Assembly (NCBI GenBank): GCA_050084985.1
Contig: JBITNC010000001.1
Location: 173,414,001-173,478,000 of the forward strand
Direction: 5' to 3'
Source: Nageia nagi
Taxonomy: Eukaryota > Plantae > Pinophyta
Length of the DNA: 64,000 bases
The notes beneath the pieces are model-generated. The model was not told the DNA's origin. It made no database searches and was given only the letters and a program-made list of their open reading frames with translations. Positions 39,101-52,114 of the stretch are shown here, in pieces. Each line of letters opens with the position of its first letter. Positions within the stretch are counted from its first letter, which is position 1. The position numbers and the translations under genes were made by a program.

Positions 39101-42100
39101 TTCAATCCAACTGAGATAAATATGGTCTAGGGTATCATGGACCTAAGATTAAACTTATAGAAGAATAATTTTTCCATCTTAATATTCTAGAAGAGGAGGT
39201 ATCGTACAATGATGAGCATGATATCAATTTGTATTTTTGTCCATCTAGTCCTCATGCTTCGAAGTGTTCCATATCAAACAATTTCTTCCACAAGCTTTCA
39301 TATGACCTCATATTTGATGTTTCGATGATTTTCCTTGATGGTTTATCACTTTTCATCCCTCTCTTGGATTGTAACTTGCAAAATTCTATCAGTCCTTTAT
39401 TTACAGATTTCTCTTCTCATTTGTTGGGTCCTTCTCTTATTTCAGGTGATGCATCTCTTTCTTTTAATTACCCTGACGAAGCTGAATCATTAATCTTTGC
39501 TTATTTCATCTATATTTTGGACAAATATGATTATGCATACCTTCCCATCTTTAAGCAGTTAGAGGATGGATCCCACATGCACATAGGAAAGTTAATTGAA
39601 GTAAATATTAGTGAAGATCCCATAGATCCAAAGATAGTCTATTTGGGGAATGTTTTAGATGAAGCAAAAAGGGATAAAGCCACATAAATACTAAAATGGT
39701 ACACTAAGATATTTTCCTTTAGATATCAAGATATGCCTAGCATGGACCCTAATGTCATAGTCCATAATATTGTCACTCGTCAAAATGCCAAGCTCGTTAA
39801 GTAGAAACCTAGGAGGGTCAATCCATCACTATCACTTCAAATTAAGGATGAGATTTAGAAGCTTTTAGATGCCAAGTTCATTACTTATATTGATTATCCC
39901 TAGTGGATGTCTAATATGGTTCCCATCGATAATCTTAAGGGTCATATTAGGGTTTGTACAAATTTTAGAGATCTCAATGTGGTTGGCCCTAATGATGACT
40001 TCCCATTGCCTAACATCGACACTTTGGTTAAAAACATAATGAGATATAAGATGTTGTCACTCATGTATGGATTCTTAGGTTATAATTAGATTTGGGTTTC
40101 CCCCCAAGACCAACACAAGACAAAATTCACTATGCTATGGGGGAATTTTTGTTATAAGGTCACAACATTTGGACTAATTATGACTTATGTATTCTATGAT
40201 ATGATGCATGAAATCATGGAGGACTATGTAGAAAATTTGTTGGCTAAGTCTAGAACCAAAGATCAACATTGGGAAGTGCTAGAAGAGTCTTTGAGAGATT
40301 GCTTAAACATAACATCAAATTAAATCCTAAGAAATGTGTTTTTAGTGTTACATCCAGCAAACTCCTAGGGTTCATCATTTCTAAAAGAGGTATAAAGGTT
40401 GATCTTAATAAAGTTACTGCCATCACAAGCATGCCTCCTTTTCATGATATCAAAACCTTAAGAAGTCTTCAAGGTAAGATCTAGGCTATTTGAAGATTCA
40501 TAGCTTAATTATCAGATAAGTGTAGACTATTTAATGAACTCCTTAAGAAGGGCATATAGTTCAATTAAAATAAGAGTTTTCAATGAGCTTTCAATGAAAT
40601 CAAGCAATACTTACTTAACCCTCTAGTGTTTATTCCTCCTAAGGATAATTCCCCCTTCTATTTATATCTTTTAGCTACTGATTTTGCACTAGGAGTCATG
40701 TTAGCCCAAAAGAATGAGCAAGGAAAGGAGAAGGCTATCTATTACCTTAGTCACATACTTGTGGACTATGAGCTTAGATGTGTTTACATTGAGAAGGTAT
40801 ACCTCATCCTCATCTTTATTGGTAAGAAACTTTGGCATTACATGTTAAATCACACCACATATATGATTTCTAGAGCCAATCCATTGAAACATATGATGAG
40901 AAATGCGTATCACAATACATGCACTACCAAATTGATCATGTTTCTTTCAGAATTTGACTTAATGCTTATCAACCATAATTTAGTCAAAGTTTAGGTCATA
41001 GTAGATCAGTTAGTAGAGGCAACCATCCAAGCTACTACCCCTCTTGAGATCACCCTCCTTGATGAGGATGTGTTCAACATTGATGAGATTGAGGAAGTAG
41101 TAAATACCCAATAGGACTATGATATTACTATGTATTTGATGGGTAAATATGTGAACAAGGGGAAGGGGATAGATTTATCTTCTTCACTCCCTAGGGGTTC
41201 CCTATCATGTATTCTTTCAAACTTGACTTTCTATGTACGAATAATAATGCAAAATATGAGGCATTGATCTTGGGCCTTAAGATAACCATCGAGCTAAAAT
41301 TTGAAAGATCGCTCATTTATGGAGACTCTAAATTAATTTTCAATCAAATTATGGTTAGCTATCAATGTCACAATGAGCTTCTAAAGACTTATCAAGATAT
41401 GGCACTGATATTGCTAAAATGGTTCAAAGCCTATAAAATTGGGACAACCCCCCAATCATCTAATAGGTTTACTGACACCATGGCATATTTAGGATCACTT
41501 ATCCCTCCCAATCCTCATAAACATATTCAACATGTAGAGATAATGATTGGAAATAATTGATACTTAAGGCATCACTACCTCAAGGTCTACCCTCAACCTC
41601 AGTTAATGAGATTACTATTGAATTACATGACATGTCGTACAAGTAACTACATGAGTATTTGAAGTGGAATGTCACACCTCCTAACTTATCAGCAGGTGAA
41701 AAATGGATGTTAAGATAAAATGCTTCCCATTACACCATATTAGGAGATATTTTCTATAAACAATCATAGATGGAGTCCTCCTACATTATTTAGAGCTTTA
41801 TGATGAGGCTATTGCTATGCAAACTTGTCATGACAACATATATGGTGGGCACTTTAATGGAACTGCTATTGCCAAATATATTCTTAGAATGGGATATTAT
41901 TGGCCTACCATAGAATGAGACTATCAAGAATATGTCAAAAAGTATGTTAAGTGTCAACAAAATTCTCATTTGCAACATCTACCTGCTCAAGCACTTAACT
42001 CTATCCAATCTATGTGGCCTTTGGCATAGTGGGGATTTGATCCTATAGGGTAGTTTGTACCTCCCTCTTCAGGTGGCCATAAGTTCACTATCATTGCGAT

Positions 42101-42210
42101 AGAATATTTCACTAAGTGGGTCAAGTTTGAGCCACTTGTTTCTACCATGGGTCTTAAGATGGCCAACTTCATTGACACTCATATTATTTGTAGGTTTGGT
42201 ATTTCATAGC
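33190..42210 (+). mobile_element. Degenerate Ty3/Gypsy retrotransposon of the Tat/Ogre lineage (gag, protease, RT, RNase H, additional archaeal-type RNase H, truncated integrase); 5' boundary approximate
   Basis: Gag FPNKFEILKIDKFKG; protease RVLVDNGS; G-patch-like GYGLGK (~39050); RT WMSNMVP..IRVCTNFRDLN..DDFPLPNID and KLNPKKCVF; RH FALGVMLAQ; aRH CTNNNAKYEALILGL; integrase HDNIYGGHF, GYYWPT, EYFTKWV. Confidence 0.9.
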
Positions 42211-42538
42211 ACATCCCTATTTCTAGACATTACCGTAAAGACCATCAGTAGGGTTTGCATGTCCTCCCAAAGTGCCCCAACTTGACTCTTTGTTGTAATC
42301 CTTGCAGCTTGCTCTATTACCACCTAACATTGTAGGATGTTGGCTAGCCCCTCCATTGCTACCCTAGCTACTTGCTTTATCATCCTGGCTACCTACTCTA
42401 CTACTAGCTGAGCCTATGTCACATCTAGTTGTGCTTAGAGAGCATTTCACTATCCTTGGTATTGGGTGGACCTCTCATCAATGAAGGTCCCCAATCCTAG
42501 CTCTAGGAGCTCTTGAGATCTCCACTTAGGGTTTAAAA

Positions 42539-45500
42539 TGTTACAATTTGTAATGTAATGTTTCTCCTTAATGTAAATTCACTTAATACTTAAAGTATCA
42601 TTAGATACCTTAAAGTATTAAAGGAATAAAAAGAAGAGAAGAATTAAAAATAGGTAAAATATTAAAAATAGAAAAAGGATTAATTATAGAATGAGTTTCT
42701 TCTTACAAAAAGAGAAGAACTTTCCTTTCTCAAGTTACACAATTGTAATGCAAGCTTTGCTATAGATTTAGAGTGTGAGAGAGAGAAGAGATTTTGTAAG
42801 AGAGGTCCTTGAGAATAATAAAATCTTAGTTAGTAGGCATATTACTAAGGACGGAGGAACCACTTTATATCTTATGTTATTTGTAAGATTGGCTTGAGTT
42901 ATTTTGATATTATGTTGATGTTTAAAATGCCTTCTTGAGATCTTGGTAGAATAGAAGTTAATTCAGAAAGAATTAATTTTTTCAAGTCATATTAGAGCAA
43001 TTTTTGGAGGCTTCTCATCAACATCTTTGAAGGTCCTTCCTCTTCTTTCTACATCTACTTTGTTTAGGTAAAAGGAATTGAAGGTATAATCTTCCTCCTA
43101 CCTTGTTCATTATCAAATTTTGCTTTATTACTAACCAATTTGTGGTTATTTTATTTAGCAAAATTTGTTCAAAGTAGATATTATTACCATATTTTTGGCT
43201 ATACTAATATGTTAGTTCTATTTTTTAAGCTATTGTTATGCATTACTTTTACTAACAATAGTTTGTTAGTTGCAATTTTTTTAAAGTAAAGTTGGTTAAT
43301 GTTTAGCAAGTAGATTTGTTTAAATTTAGCAATAATAAGTTATTATAGATTAAATTTGCAAGTTTCTACTTAGTATAGAGATAATTAAAAGTTTTGTAAT
43401 TTTTTTAACTATAATGTTATTATTGTAAAAAAACATTTACAATACTAATATGTTTGTAAAAATAAAATTGCATGTAAATTACATGTATGCATTTTTTTAA
43501 AATAGAAATTACATGCATGCATTTTTTAGAGAACTTTATATATATAGTTCATTTTATTAAAAAATAGTATGAGCTAAAGGTTGCATTAATTGCTATTTAA
43601 AGTTTGAGTCTTTATTTGCTACTTTTACCATAAATGCAAGTATTGTAAGGAATTTTTTTAAAAATAGCATGCCTTTAAGTGAGAACTTAATTATGCATGG
43701 ACTGATTAATGTTAATTGATTATACATAGATTAATGTTAACTAATTATGCATAGATTAATGTTAATAATGCATGGATTAATTATGTTTTGTATTAATGCA
43801 TGTTTATTGCTATGGACACATGTGGTAGGAATAATTTGTTTTCTTGCATTATTTTTTTATCCTAATGCATATTTCTAAATAGATTTAAAAAATAAAAAAG
43901 TAGTATGGTTTATTATTTTGACCTTATACATGTGGTTGGATAAAAATTCACTTAAATACTTGTTTCTAAATGTTATGTTAAATTGTAGATGAGGAATTAT
44001 TCTAAATCTAATTTTTTAAGTAACAAGGGGGAGAATTCCTCAATTTAGATAATGAACCTTTGTATAGAGATCCATTAGGGGTTATAGCAAAACCCATTGG
44101 ACTCTTAAGCTCATTTATTATTACTTAAAATTAATGAACCTTTGTAAAAGAGTTCTATTAGGGGTTGTAACAAAATCCATTAGACTATTTCGTTCATATG
44201 GATGATGTGAGATGTAGTTTCATTTTCAAAGCACTTTATTTAATTTGCACTTTTACTTTATATGCAAAGTATGCAAACATTGAAAATAGTTTTCCCTAAA
44301 GTGAACACATCTATATGTTTTTTTTTTGTAACATAACTTATTTGGGGATCCATGAGGTGAGGATAAGGTAGATTAGAGCCTTTTAATCTGACGATCTAAG
44401 TGGTGAAAAATTTGTACTCCTTAATTGCCCCTAAATCCTCTATTGGTCTAGATTTAACTCCATATAGGTTGATAGGCATGTGTGTAGTGATACCACATGT
44501 TTGCTCATCTATTCAAGATTATCCTGATAACTTAAGAAATTGAAAACTTAATAAAGATAATTAATTTGATCGATCAAGGGAAAAGGAACTTGAAGCTTAT
44601 AATACTAAGAATGATTTGGTAATTTCTATGATCTTTCATGCAGTTTTGGATGAGATCCTCCTCATGATATCTTCTTCAAACATTGCTAAAGAAGCTTGGT
44701 ATAAAATAAAGAGTATCTACCTTGGCATAAAATTTTCTATGAGGTTCATCGTTCTTTAGAAATTGCTTCAATCACTTCAAGAGAAAATGAAAGTGTGGCT
44801 ATATATCTGAATAAGGTTGTTGATCTTAGGACCCATCTAGTGGGGTGTGGTTGCAATTGGATCAATGATGAGTTTATGACTTTCGTCATCCTTCAAATCC
44901 TCTCTACTAAATTTAGTCAGTTTATGACTGTTATTGAAATTAGGCTTGATAATGACAAAGAAGTGTTCTCCTTGAAAAATCTATCAAAACTTCTCTTGAA
45001 GCATGAGAAAATGGTTAACAATAAGGTGTTGATAACCACTCCTAAGGAGCCTTTGAAGCCTAACTTCAAAAAGAAGAATCATAACCAAAAGAAAGGTTCT
45101 AATTCTACTAAGAAGAACTTCAAGAAAGGTGGAAACAAGAAGAATTATGATCATGATAAATCAAAGCCAAATTTGATAGAAATTGTAATTTTTATGGCAT
45201 CTATGGTCATATGGATGTTTATAGCTTCAAAAAGAAGAAAGGACAAGGTGAAAAAGGATCTAGAAAACCAAAAAATCTAATAATAAGAATAAAAATAAGA
45301 ATTTTATTTATGTTGCTGCCTTTTACTCATAGTCTCACACTTTATCAAATGATTGGATTGTTGATTCTGGATACGCTAATCACATGTGTTTTGAAAAGAA
45401 TAAGTTTGAAAATTTTCAAAAGTATAGAAAATATGTAGTTGTGATAGGTTATAGTTCAATCCTTGAAGTTCAAGGTATTGAAAGTGTGTTAATACAAGGA

Positions 45501-48500
45501 AAGATTCTTAAGAATGTGCTTTATATGCCTAAACTCACTATGAATCTCCTTTCTATAATTCAAGTTGTAAGAAAAGATTAATCTTTTAAGATTAACTCAC
45601 ACTCTTGGTGCATGAAAAAGGGTCTTTCCATTTTAGTTAAAGGATTAGTGAAAGATGACCTTTATATTATGGATAAATCTCCAACAAAGATGTGCCTTGC
45701 AACTAATGTTTGTTCTAAAGGCAATCTTTGGCACCATCAATTACACCATCAAAATCATAAGAACATTCAAGTCATGAAAGATCATAAACTTGTGGAAGGT
45801 TTGCTTACAATATCACCTACAATTAGTCTTTGTGAGAAGTGCATTCTAGGTAAAATAATTTAGAAAAAGTTTTCAATAGATAAGAAAACTAGAGCAATTC
45901 AACCTCTTCAGCTTGTGCATATAGATTAGAGTGTATTATATCTTGACCTTATTGATGACTTTAGGAGGATGATATTTGATTATCTTATAGAGCACAAGGA
46001 TCAAACCTTTGATAGGTTCAAAGATTTCAAAACCTTGGTAGAAAATCATTTTAAATTCAAAATTAAGATGTTAAGATTTGATAATAGTAGTGAGTATAAT
46101 AGCAATGAATTCAAAGATTTTTGTACTAAGTATAAAATCAAGAGGCAGTTTACTATCCCTTATACTTTCAACAGAATGGTGTAGCTGAAAGGAAGAATAA
46201 AACCATTCAAAAAATGGCAAGATGTATGTTAGAAAATCTTCCTAGATTCTTATAAGATGAAGCTATAAATACTATAATCTACATCTTAAATAGGTGTCCT
46301 ATGAAAGTAGTTGAAGGTAAAACTCTGTATGATGCATGGTAAGAAAAAAACCTAACATCTCACACCTTAGAGTCTATGGTTGTGATGCCTATGCTTTTTT
46401 TATTTCTCAAAAGAGAAATAAGTTGGATAAGAGATCTAAAAAGTGTATCTTTATGGGCTATGACAATCAACATAAAGGCTATAGGCTATACCAAACTTCC
46501 TCTGATGCAGTCTTGGTATCAAAGGATGTAAAGTTCAATGAACTACCTAAAAAGTCTACTTCTTGTGTGAACCTTGATGAGGGTGATGATTATTCTATTA
46601 CACCTAATTGGTTGGATGTTATTATGGATTTATCACTTAAAGAATAAAACTCTCTAACACAAAAGATAACAAAGAGTATGACCATTAATAAATCCTTATT
46701 TACCAAAATTGATAGCAAGAATGAGCCCTCATCTTACAAAGAAGCTTCAAAGCATGAGTGCTAGGTGAATGCAATGAATATGAATTATGAGGCTCTAATG
46801 AAGAATTAAACTTAGGATTTGGTCTCTCATCCTAATGAACGAAATTTGATTGGTAATAAATGGATTTTTAAAGTTAAATATAATTCAATTGGAGAAATTG
46901 ATAAATACAAAGCAAGATTAGTAGCTAAAGGTTTAACTCAAAAATATGGAGTTGATTATAAGAAAACCTTTTCTCGAGTGCCAAAGATGCCTACTGTTAA
47001 GGTAATACTTGCTCTTTCAATAGTATAAAGATGAAAAGTTTGTCAAGAGTGCTTTTCTTAATGGTGACTTAGATGCGAAAATCTACATGAGCCAAGTAGA
47101 AGGGTTTATCATGGAAGGTAAAAAATATTTTATGTGCAAGTTAAAAAAATCTTTATATGTACTTAAGCAAGCACCTAGAGCCTAGTACAAAAACATTTTA
47201 GGATAATTTGAGGATATTAAATTTTATAAATGCTTCTTTGACACAAATCTTTATGTGCTCAACCAAGGACAAGATTTGATCTTGATTCTTTTCTATGTGG
47301 ATGATCTATTGATTATAGGTAATAATATAGTCCTCATACAAGACTGCATATCTAAATTTAATGTAACTTTTGAAATGATTGATCTTGATCTATTGCACTA
47401 CTACCATGGTATACAAGTGTACCAATACAAGGATTATACTTATCTTAGTCAATCCAAGTATATATCTAATATCTTGCAAAAGTTTAGAATAGAGGAGCGC
47501 AAGCATTTTGCAATTCCAATATCTCATGTAATCATTTTATCTCTTAGTTCTAACTCCTAATTGGCAAATGCTATGTCTTACAGAAAACTAATTGGTAGTC
47601 TTCTTTATTTGACTATCTCTAGGCCAGATATTTTCTTTTCCATCAATTTGATAGCCCACTTTATGCAAAATCCATATGTTGAGCACTTCAATGTTGTTAA
47701 GCACATTTTGAGGTATGTTGCAAGCATTAAGGATATTTCTCTCAAATATGATAAGTTTCCCTTCTTTGTTCTCTTAGGATTCTCATATTCTGAATATGTA
47801 GGAGATAGAGATGAAATAAAATCAACCTCTCTTTATATGTTAAGCATTGGTTTAGGTGCTATCTCTTAGGCTTTTAAGAAGCAACCTACTACTATTCTCT
47901 CCACCACTAAGATTGAATATCATCCAATATCAGTTGCAACCTAAGAATACATTTGGTTGAAACATCTTCTAAAATAACTTAGGTATGAGCAAGTTCATCC
48001 ATCTCAAATTTCTTCAGATAATCAGTTAGCTATTGCTTTGGCAAAGAATCATATTTTCCATTAGAAAACTAAACATGTTAAAATCCAAGCCCACTTCATT
48101 AGAGAGAAGGTTTTGGATGGTCTTTTACACTTGTAGTATTGTCCATTGGTCTTAAACTTTGATGATTTAAATCACCAAGCCCCTTCCTAAAGCTCAATTC
48201 TATAAGCTTAGAGAGTCTATTGGGTTGGTGAAGTTACCTAAAAAAGGAAGTAAATATTGAATTATTATTGAATCCAATGTATCTACTTCTTTCTTAATAA
48301 AGTTGTTAAATTTTTTTTATTTATATACTTTGTTTATACATTCATATGTTTGGTAACTGTAAGTATGGGCTTGGCATCTTAGTGATTACTTATAGTGTAC
48401 CATAAATCTAAGCTCATTATATTAGGAAGCAAGTTCTTGATGAAACAACTATAGCTCCATTCATTTGACTTTATCTCTCTTGATTTATTCACTAGTCACT

Positions 48501-50220
48501 TTAAAAACTTTGTTGTGCACACTTTGAAAGTTTCTTATGGTAGTGAAGTTGTCTTCAAGGGTGAGTGAAGGTTGAATTTATGTTTGTGACAACAAATTCA
48601 TCCTTAGGAGGCTATTTTTGTTGTATATTGTTGATCTAAATGTACACCTTCATGGTTAGTTCGCTCTATGTGAGGAACTCATGGTACATTTTATTTTTTG
48701 TTATCACTATGTGAGAAATCAATATGTGTTTGTTGGCACTATTTTGTTATACATATGTGAGTAACTCATATGTGTATATAATTTTTTTATTATTGATCAA
48801 CACATGTTTCTAATATACAGTAGATGACTATGAGTATTGCTTTGACATCTTCGTGATGATTTATAGTGCATCATTAATCAATTTATGAAAGGTATTACTT
48901 AGTTCATTTATCATGTGATTGATATGAATATTTATATGATGCATCTAACTGATATTGTTTATGAGCTGCTTATAGCTTGCAGGTTTCATCGTAAAAATGC
49001 AGATTACTTACTTTGGGTGGGAAGGCTCATGGAGGCTCACATGTCAACATAGTGTTGATTGACTACACTTAGAGTAAAACCAATTATGGTTAATGATTGT
49101 ATTGTAAATAATTTTTTAAAATGGTATTGTAATGAGTCTCAAACTAAGATCTTGCTTATTTCTCAATGATATAAAAATTCTTACCTCCACTTGTATCTCT
49201 TTAGAGGAGAACTCTCTCTTACTCTATCTTTATTCTTCTCTCTATGCTCTATCCTAATATTACATTAAGAGGGAGTGTTAGAATTAATGCAATAATGTGT
49301 AATATTTCTCTTTAATATAAATTCAGTTAATACGTAAAGTATCATTAGATACCTTAAAGTATTAAGAGAATAAAAATAGGAGAAGGATTAAGAATAGGTA
49401 AAGGAACAAAAATAGAAAAGAGATTAATTATCGAGTGGGTTTCTTCTTTTAAAAAGAGAAGAATCTTCCGTTCTCAAGTTACACAAGTGTAATGCAAGCT
49501 TTGCTATAGGTTTAGAGTTTGATAGAGAGAAAAGATTTTGTAAAAGAGGTCCTTGAGAATAAGAATCTCTTAGTTAGTGTACTTACTCCCAAGAAGGTGT
49601 TGGAATGTATAATACATTATTGTAAATAGATGTATTAAATATTCTATGTAAATTCACTAATAGTTAAGGGTATTATTTGATACCTTAAGTATTTTAATGG
49701 ATATAATAATGTAACTTGTCCTACACTCCAAGTCATGAGCATGCCCTTTGGGTCAAAGGTGTGCATGTCATCCTTAGGTCATCCAAGGAGGGATTTTGGC
49801 CTATACATAGAAGGCTCACTCCTTGTAATGACATACCAATTGAGGAGTAAGGATATGCTATAGGATAGAAGTGTAAGAATTGAGATTAGAAAAATTGTAA
49901 GAGAGTTGTATTTATGAGATAAGTAAAGATCTAGTTAGTGGATGTACTCCTAGTTGGAGGAACCACTTTATATCTTGTGTTGTGAGATTGCTTTGTGTAT
50001 TTGTTAGATGTAATTATGAGCTTTCATGTGATCTTGGTAGTTTAAGAATTATATTATTAATATTAGTTCCTTTAGAAGGTATAAACTACTTTATATCTTG
50101 TGTTATTTATGAGATTAGATTGAGTTATTGTGCTATTGTGTTAATGTAGAAAGTGTCTTCTTGAGATCTTGGTAGAATAGAAGTTAATTCAGAAAGGGTT
50201 AATTACTGAATTAACTTTTA
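42539..50220 (+). mobile_element. Degenerate Ty1/Copia retrotransposon with two LTRs (42539-42984 and 49276-50220, the latter interrupted)
   Basis: TGTTA-starting LTRs share AAAGTATCATTAGATACCTTAAAGTATT and other blocks. Decayed PBS at 42985-42998, PPT TAAGAGGGAG at 49266-49275. WIVDSG protease, LWHHQLHH, KLDKRSKKCIFMGY, KYKARLVAKG, FYVDDLLI, YRKLIGSLLYLT. Confidence 0.92.
49598..50074 (+). mobile_element. Solo LTR (477 bp) of a related Copia family nested inside the 3' LTR
   Basis: Starts TGTTGG; flanked by the 5-bp direct repeat GAAGG (49593-49597 and 50075-50079); shares motifs with the host LTR (AAATTCAC..GATACCTTAA, GGAGGAACCACTTTATATCTT). Confidence 0.8.
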
Positions 50221-50760
50221 CTCTACCAAATTGATCATGTTTCTTTCCAAATTTGATTTAGTATTTATCAGCCATAATTTAGTCAAAGGTTAGGTCATAA
50301 TGGATCAATTAACAGAGGTACCCATTTAGGCTACTACTCCTCTAGAGATCACCTTCCCTGATGAGGATGTGTTCAAGATTGATGAGATCGAGGGAGTAGT
50401 AGATAACCAAAAGGACTATGAAATTACTATGTATTTTGACAAGGTTGAGATGTGAACAAGGGGTAGTGGTTGGAGTTATCTTCTTCACTCCCTAGGGAGT
50501 CCCTATCATGTATTCTTTCAAACTCAACTTTCTTGTACCAATAATAATGCAAAATATGAGGCATTGATCTTGTGCCTTAAGATAGACATCAAGCTAAAAT
50601 TCAAAATATTGCTCATTTATGGAGACTCTTAATTAATTATCAATCAAATTATGGGCATCTATCAATGTCACAATGAGATTCTAAAGACTTATCAAGATAT
50701 GGCATTGAGATTACTAAAATGGTTCAAAGCCTACAAAATTGAAACAATCCCCTAATCATC
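50221..50760 (+). mobile_element. Second, diverged copy of the Tat/Ogre RNase H-aRH segment (paralogous to 40925-41460)
   Basis: CTACCAAATTGATCATGTTTCTTTC...CCCTATCATGTATTCTTTCAAACT...AATGGTTCAAAGCCTA are collinear with 40925-41460, with scattered substitutions. Confidence 0.9.
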
Positions 50761-51549
50761 ATCCTAAGCGACCATCCTGATAAAAGGGAGTAATGAGAAC
50801 CCCTCCAATATGGAGGTCCCACATTTTGTATCGCTTTCCCATGTATGGAAAATCATAACTCTGTTAGTCATGATTGTGATATGCTCTCCCTTCAAAGGGA
50901 TCTAAAACATCTTATAGACATTCTCTAAGGTCACTATCATCTTCCCTATCATAAGCATGAATGTGCACCTATGTGGGTCAAAGCACTCCCTAAGCATGAT
51001 CATGTATGATGTATATCCCTTGATAGGGAGAATCCTAACAACTCCAATAAGCCCAACTGCCTCTAGTCAGTCCTAGTCTACCTTTATCAATGTTGCTTTG
51101 ACCTCGATCCACAGTGGTCAAAACTTTGCCAAAGTTTTATGTGGCATAAATTTCAAGGTTTATTAGCCATAGTTAGTTTTGCATTGTCTACTTCTAAGTT
51201 AATTATCTCTACATCTATGTTAGTCCTACATGTCACCTAAGATGTGTGTTTGAGGTTGCATCTATGTTTGTGTTTTTGTTATACACTTTATTTTGTCTAA
51301 ATCAAAATCATCTTGGTTGTGGGTGATTGGTTTAACCCAATCATCAAGGTTACAGATGATTGTTCCAAACACTCGAATGATCTATCTAGTTATCCTTCCC
51401 TTGAATGAGCCCTAAATTAGGTCTTCCTCAATGCGAATGATCCATAATCAAAGAAAACTAAAAAAAATAAGCATAAAATAATATTTAATATTGTAAACCT
51501 TTAATATTGCATAAACATATGAAAAACTATAACTTAATTGCATAAAAAG

Positions 51550-51940
51550 AGTTTTCTTAACATTTTTTAGAAGACATTTAAACATAAGTAATTTTCAAGT
51601 GTATAGTCAAGATCTGTAACCTATGTTAGCATTATTTTAGCATGTGTCACCCTGGGTGATCTATGGCAAGTATGGTCATTCATTAGATGATATTTAAAAA
51701 TGGTTTTCCCTTGATTATCGTGGTTGTGATTGCCCTATTAGACATATATGGAAACTATGGGAGGATACACATGTCCATAACTTATTTGACAAATACATGG
51801 TGAAAACATAGTTTCATTGACTATAATTATTAAATAATATGTAATTCGTGGCTACGACCAAGATACCATTAAACTCTATCCTCTAAATTAAATTATTTGG
51901 GTACTAAACCTTGACATCATAGCCTTTGTTTATGTGATAT
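51550..51940 (+). pseudogene. Decayed fragment of a PLS-class pentatricopeptide-repeat (PPR) gene
   Basis: Manual translation across frameshifts: VTYVSIILAC..GDL..VIH*MIFKNGF..VVVIALLDIYGNYG..LFDK..ENIVSLTIII..GY..DTIKL..IAFVYV, matching the PLS consensus TF.SIL.AC../..ALVDMYAKCG..LFDKM..NIVSW.AMI.GY. Confidence 0.7.
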
Positions 51941-52114
51941 CCCTTTTGTACTATAGTGCCAATTTGTAGTCATCAAGTAAATATCCTAGAAATATCCCTT
52001 GTATTTCATCATGTTCATGTTTATAGCTTAAGATAAGAGACATAATAGGTCATGTGTACCCCACTTGTGAGCCCTAGTAGGATGTCTCTCTCTTAAGTAG
52101 TCATGTTAGTGTGT

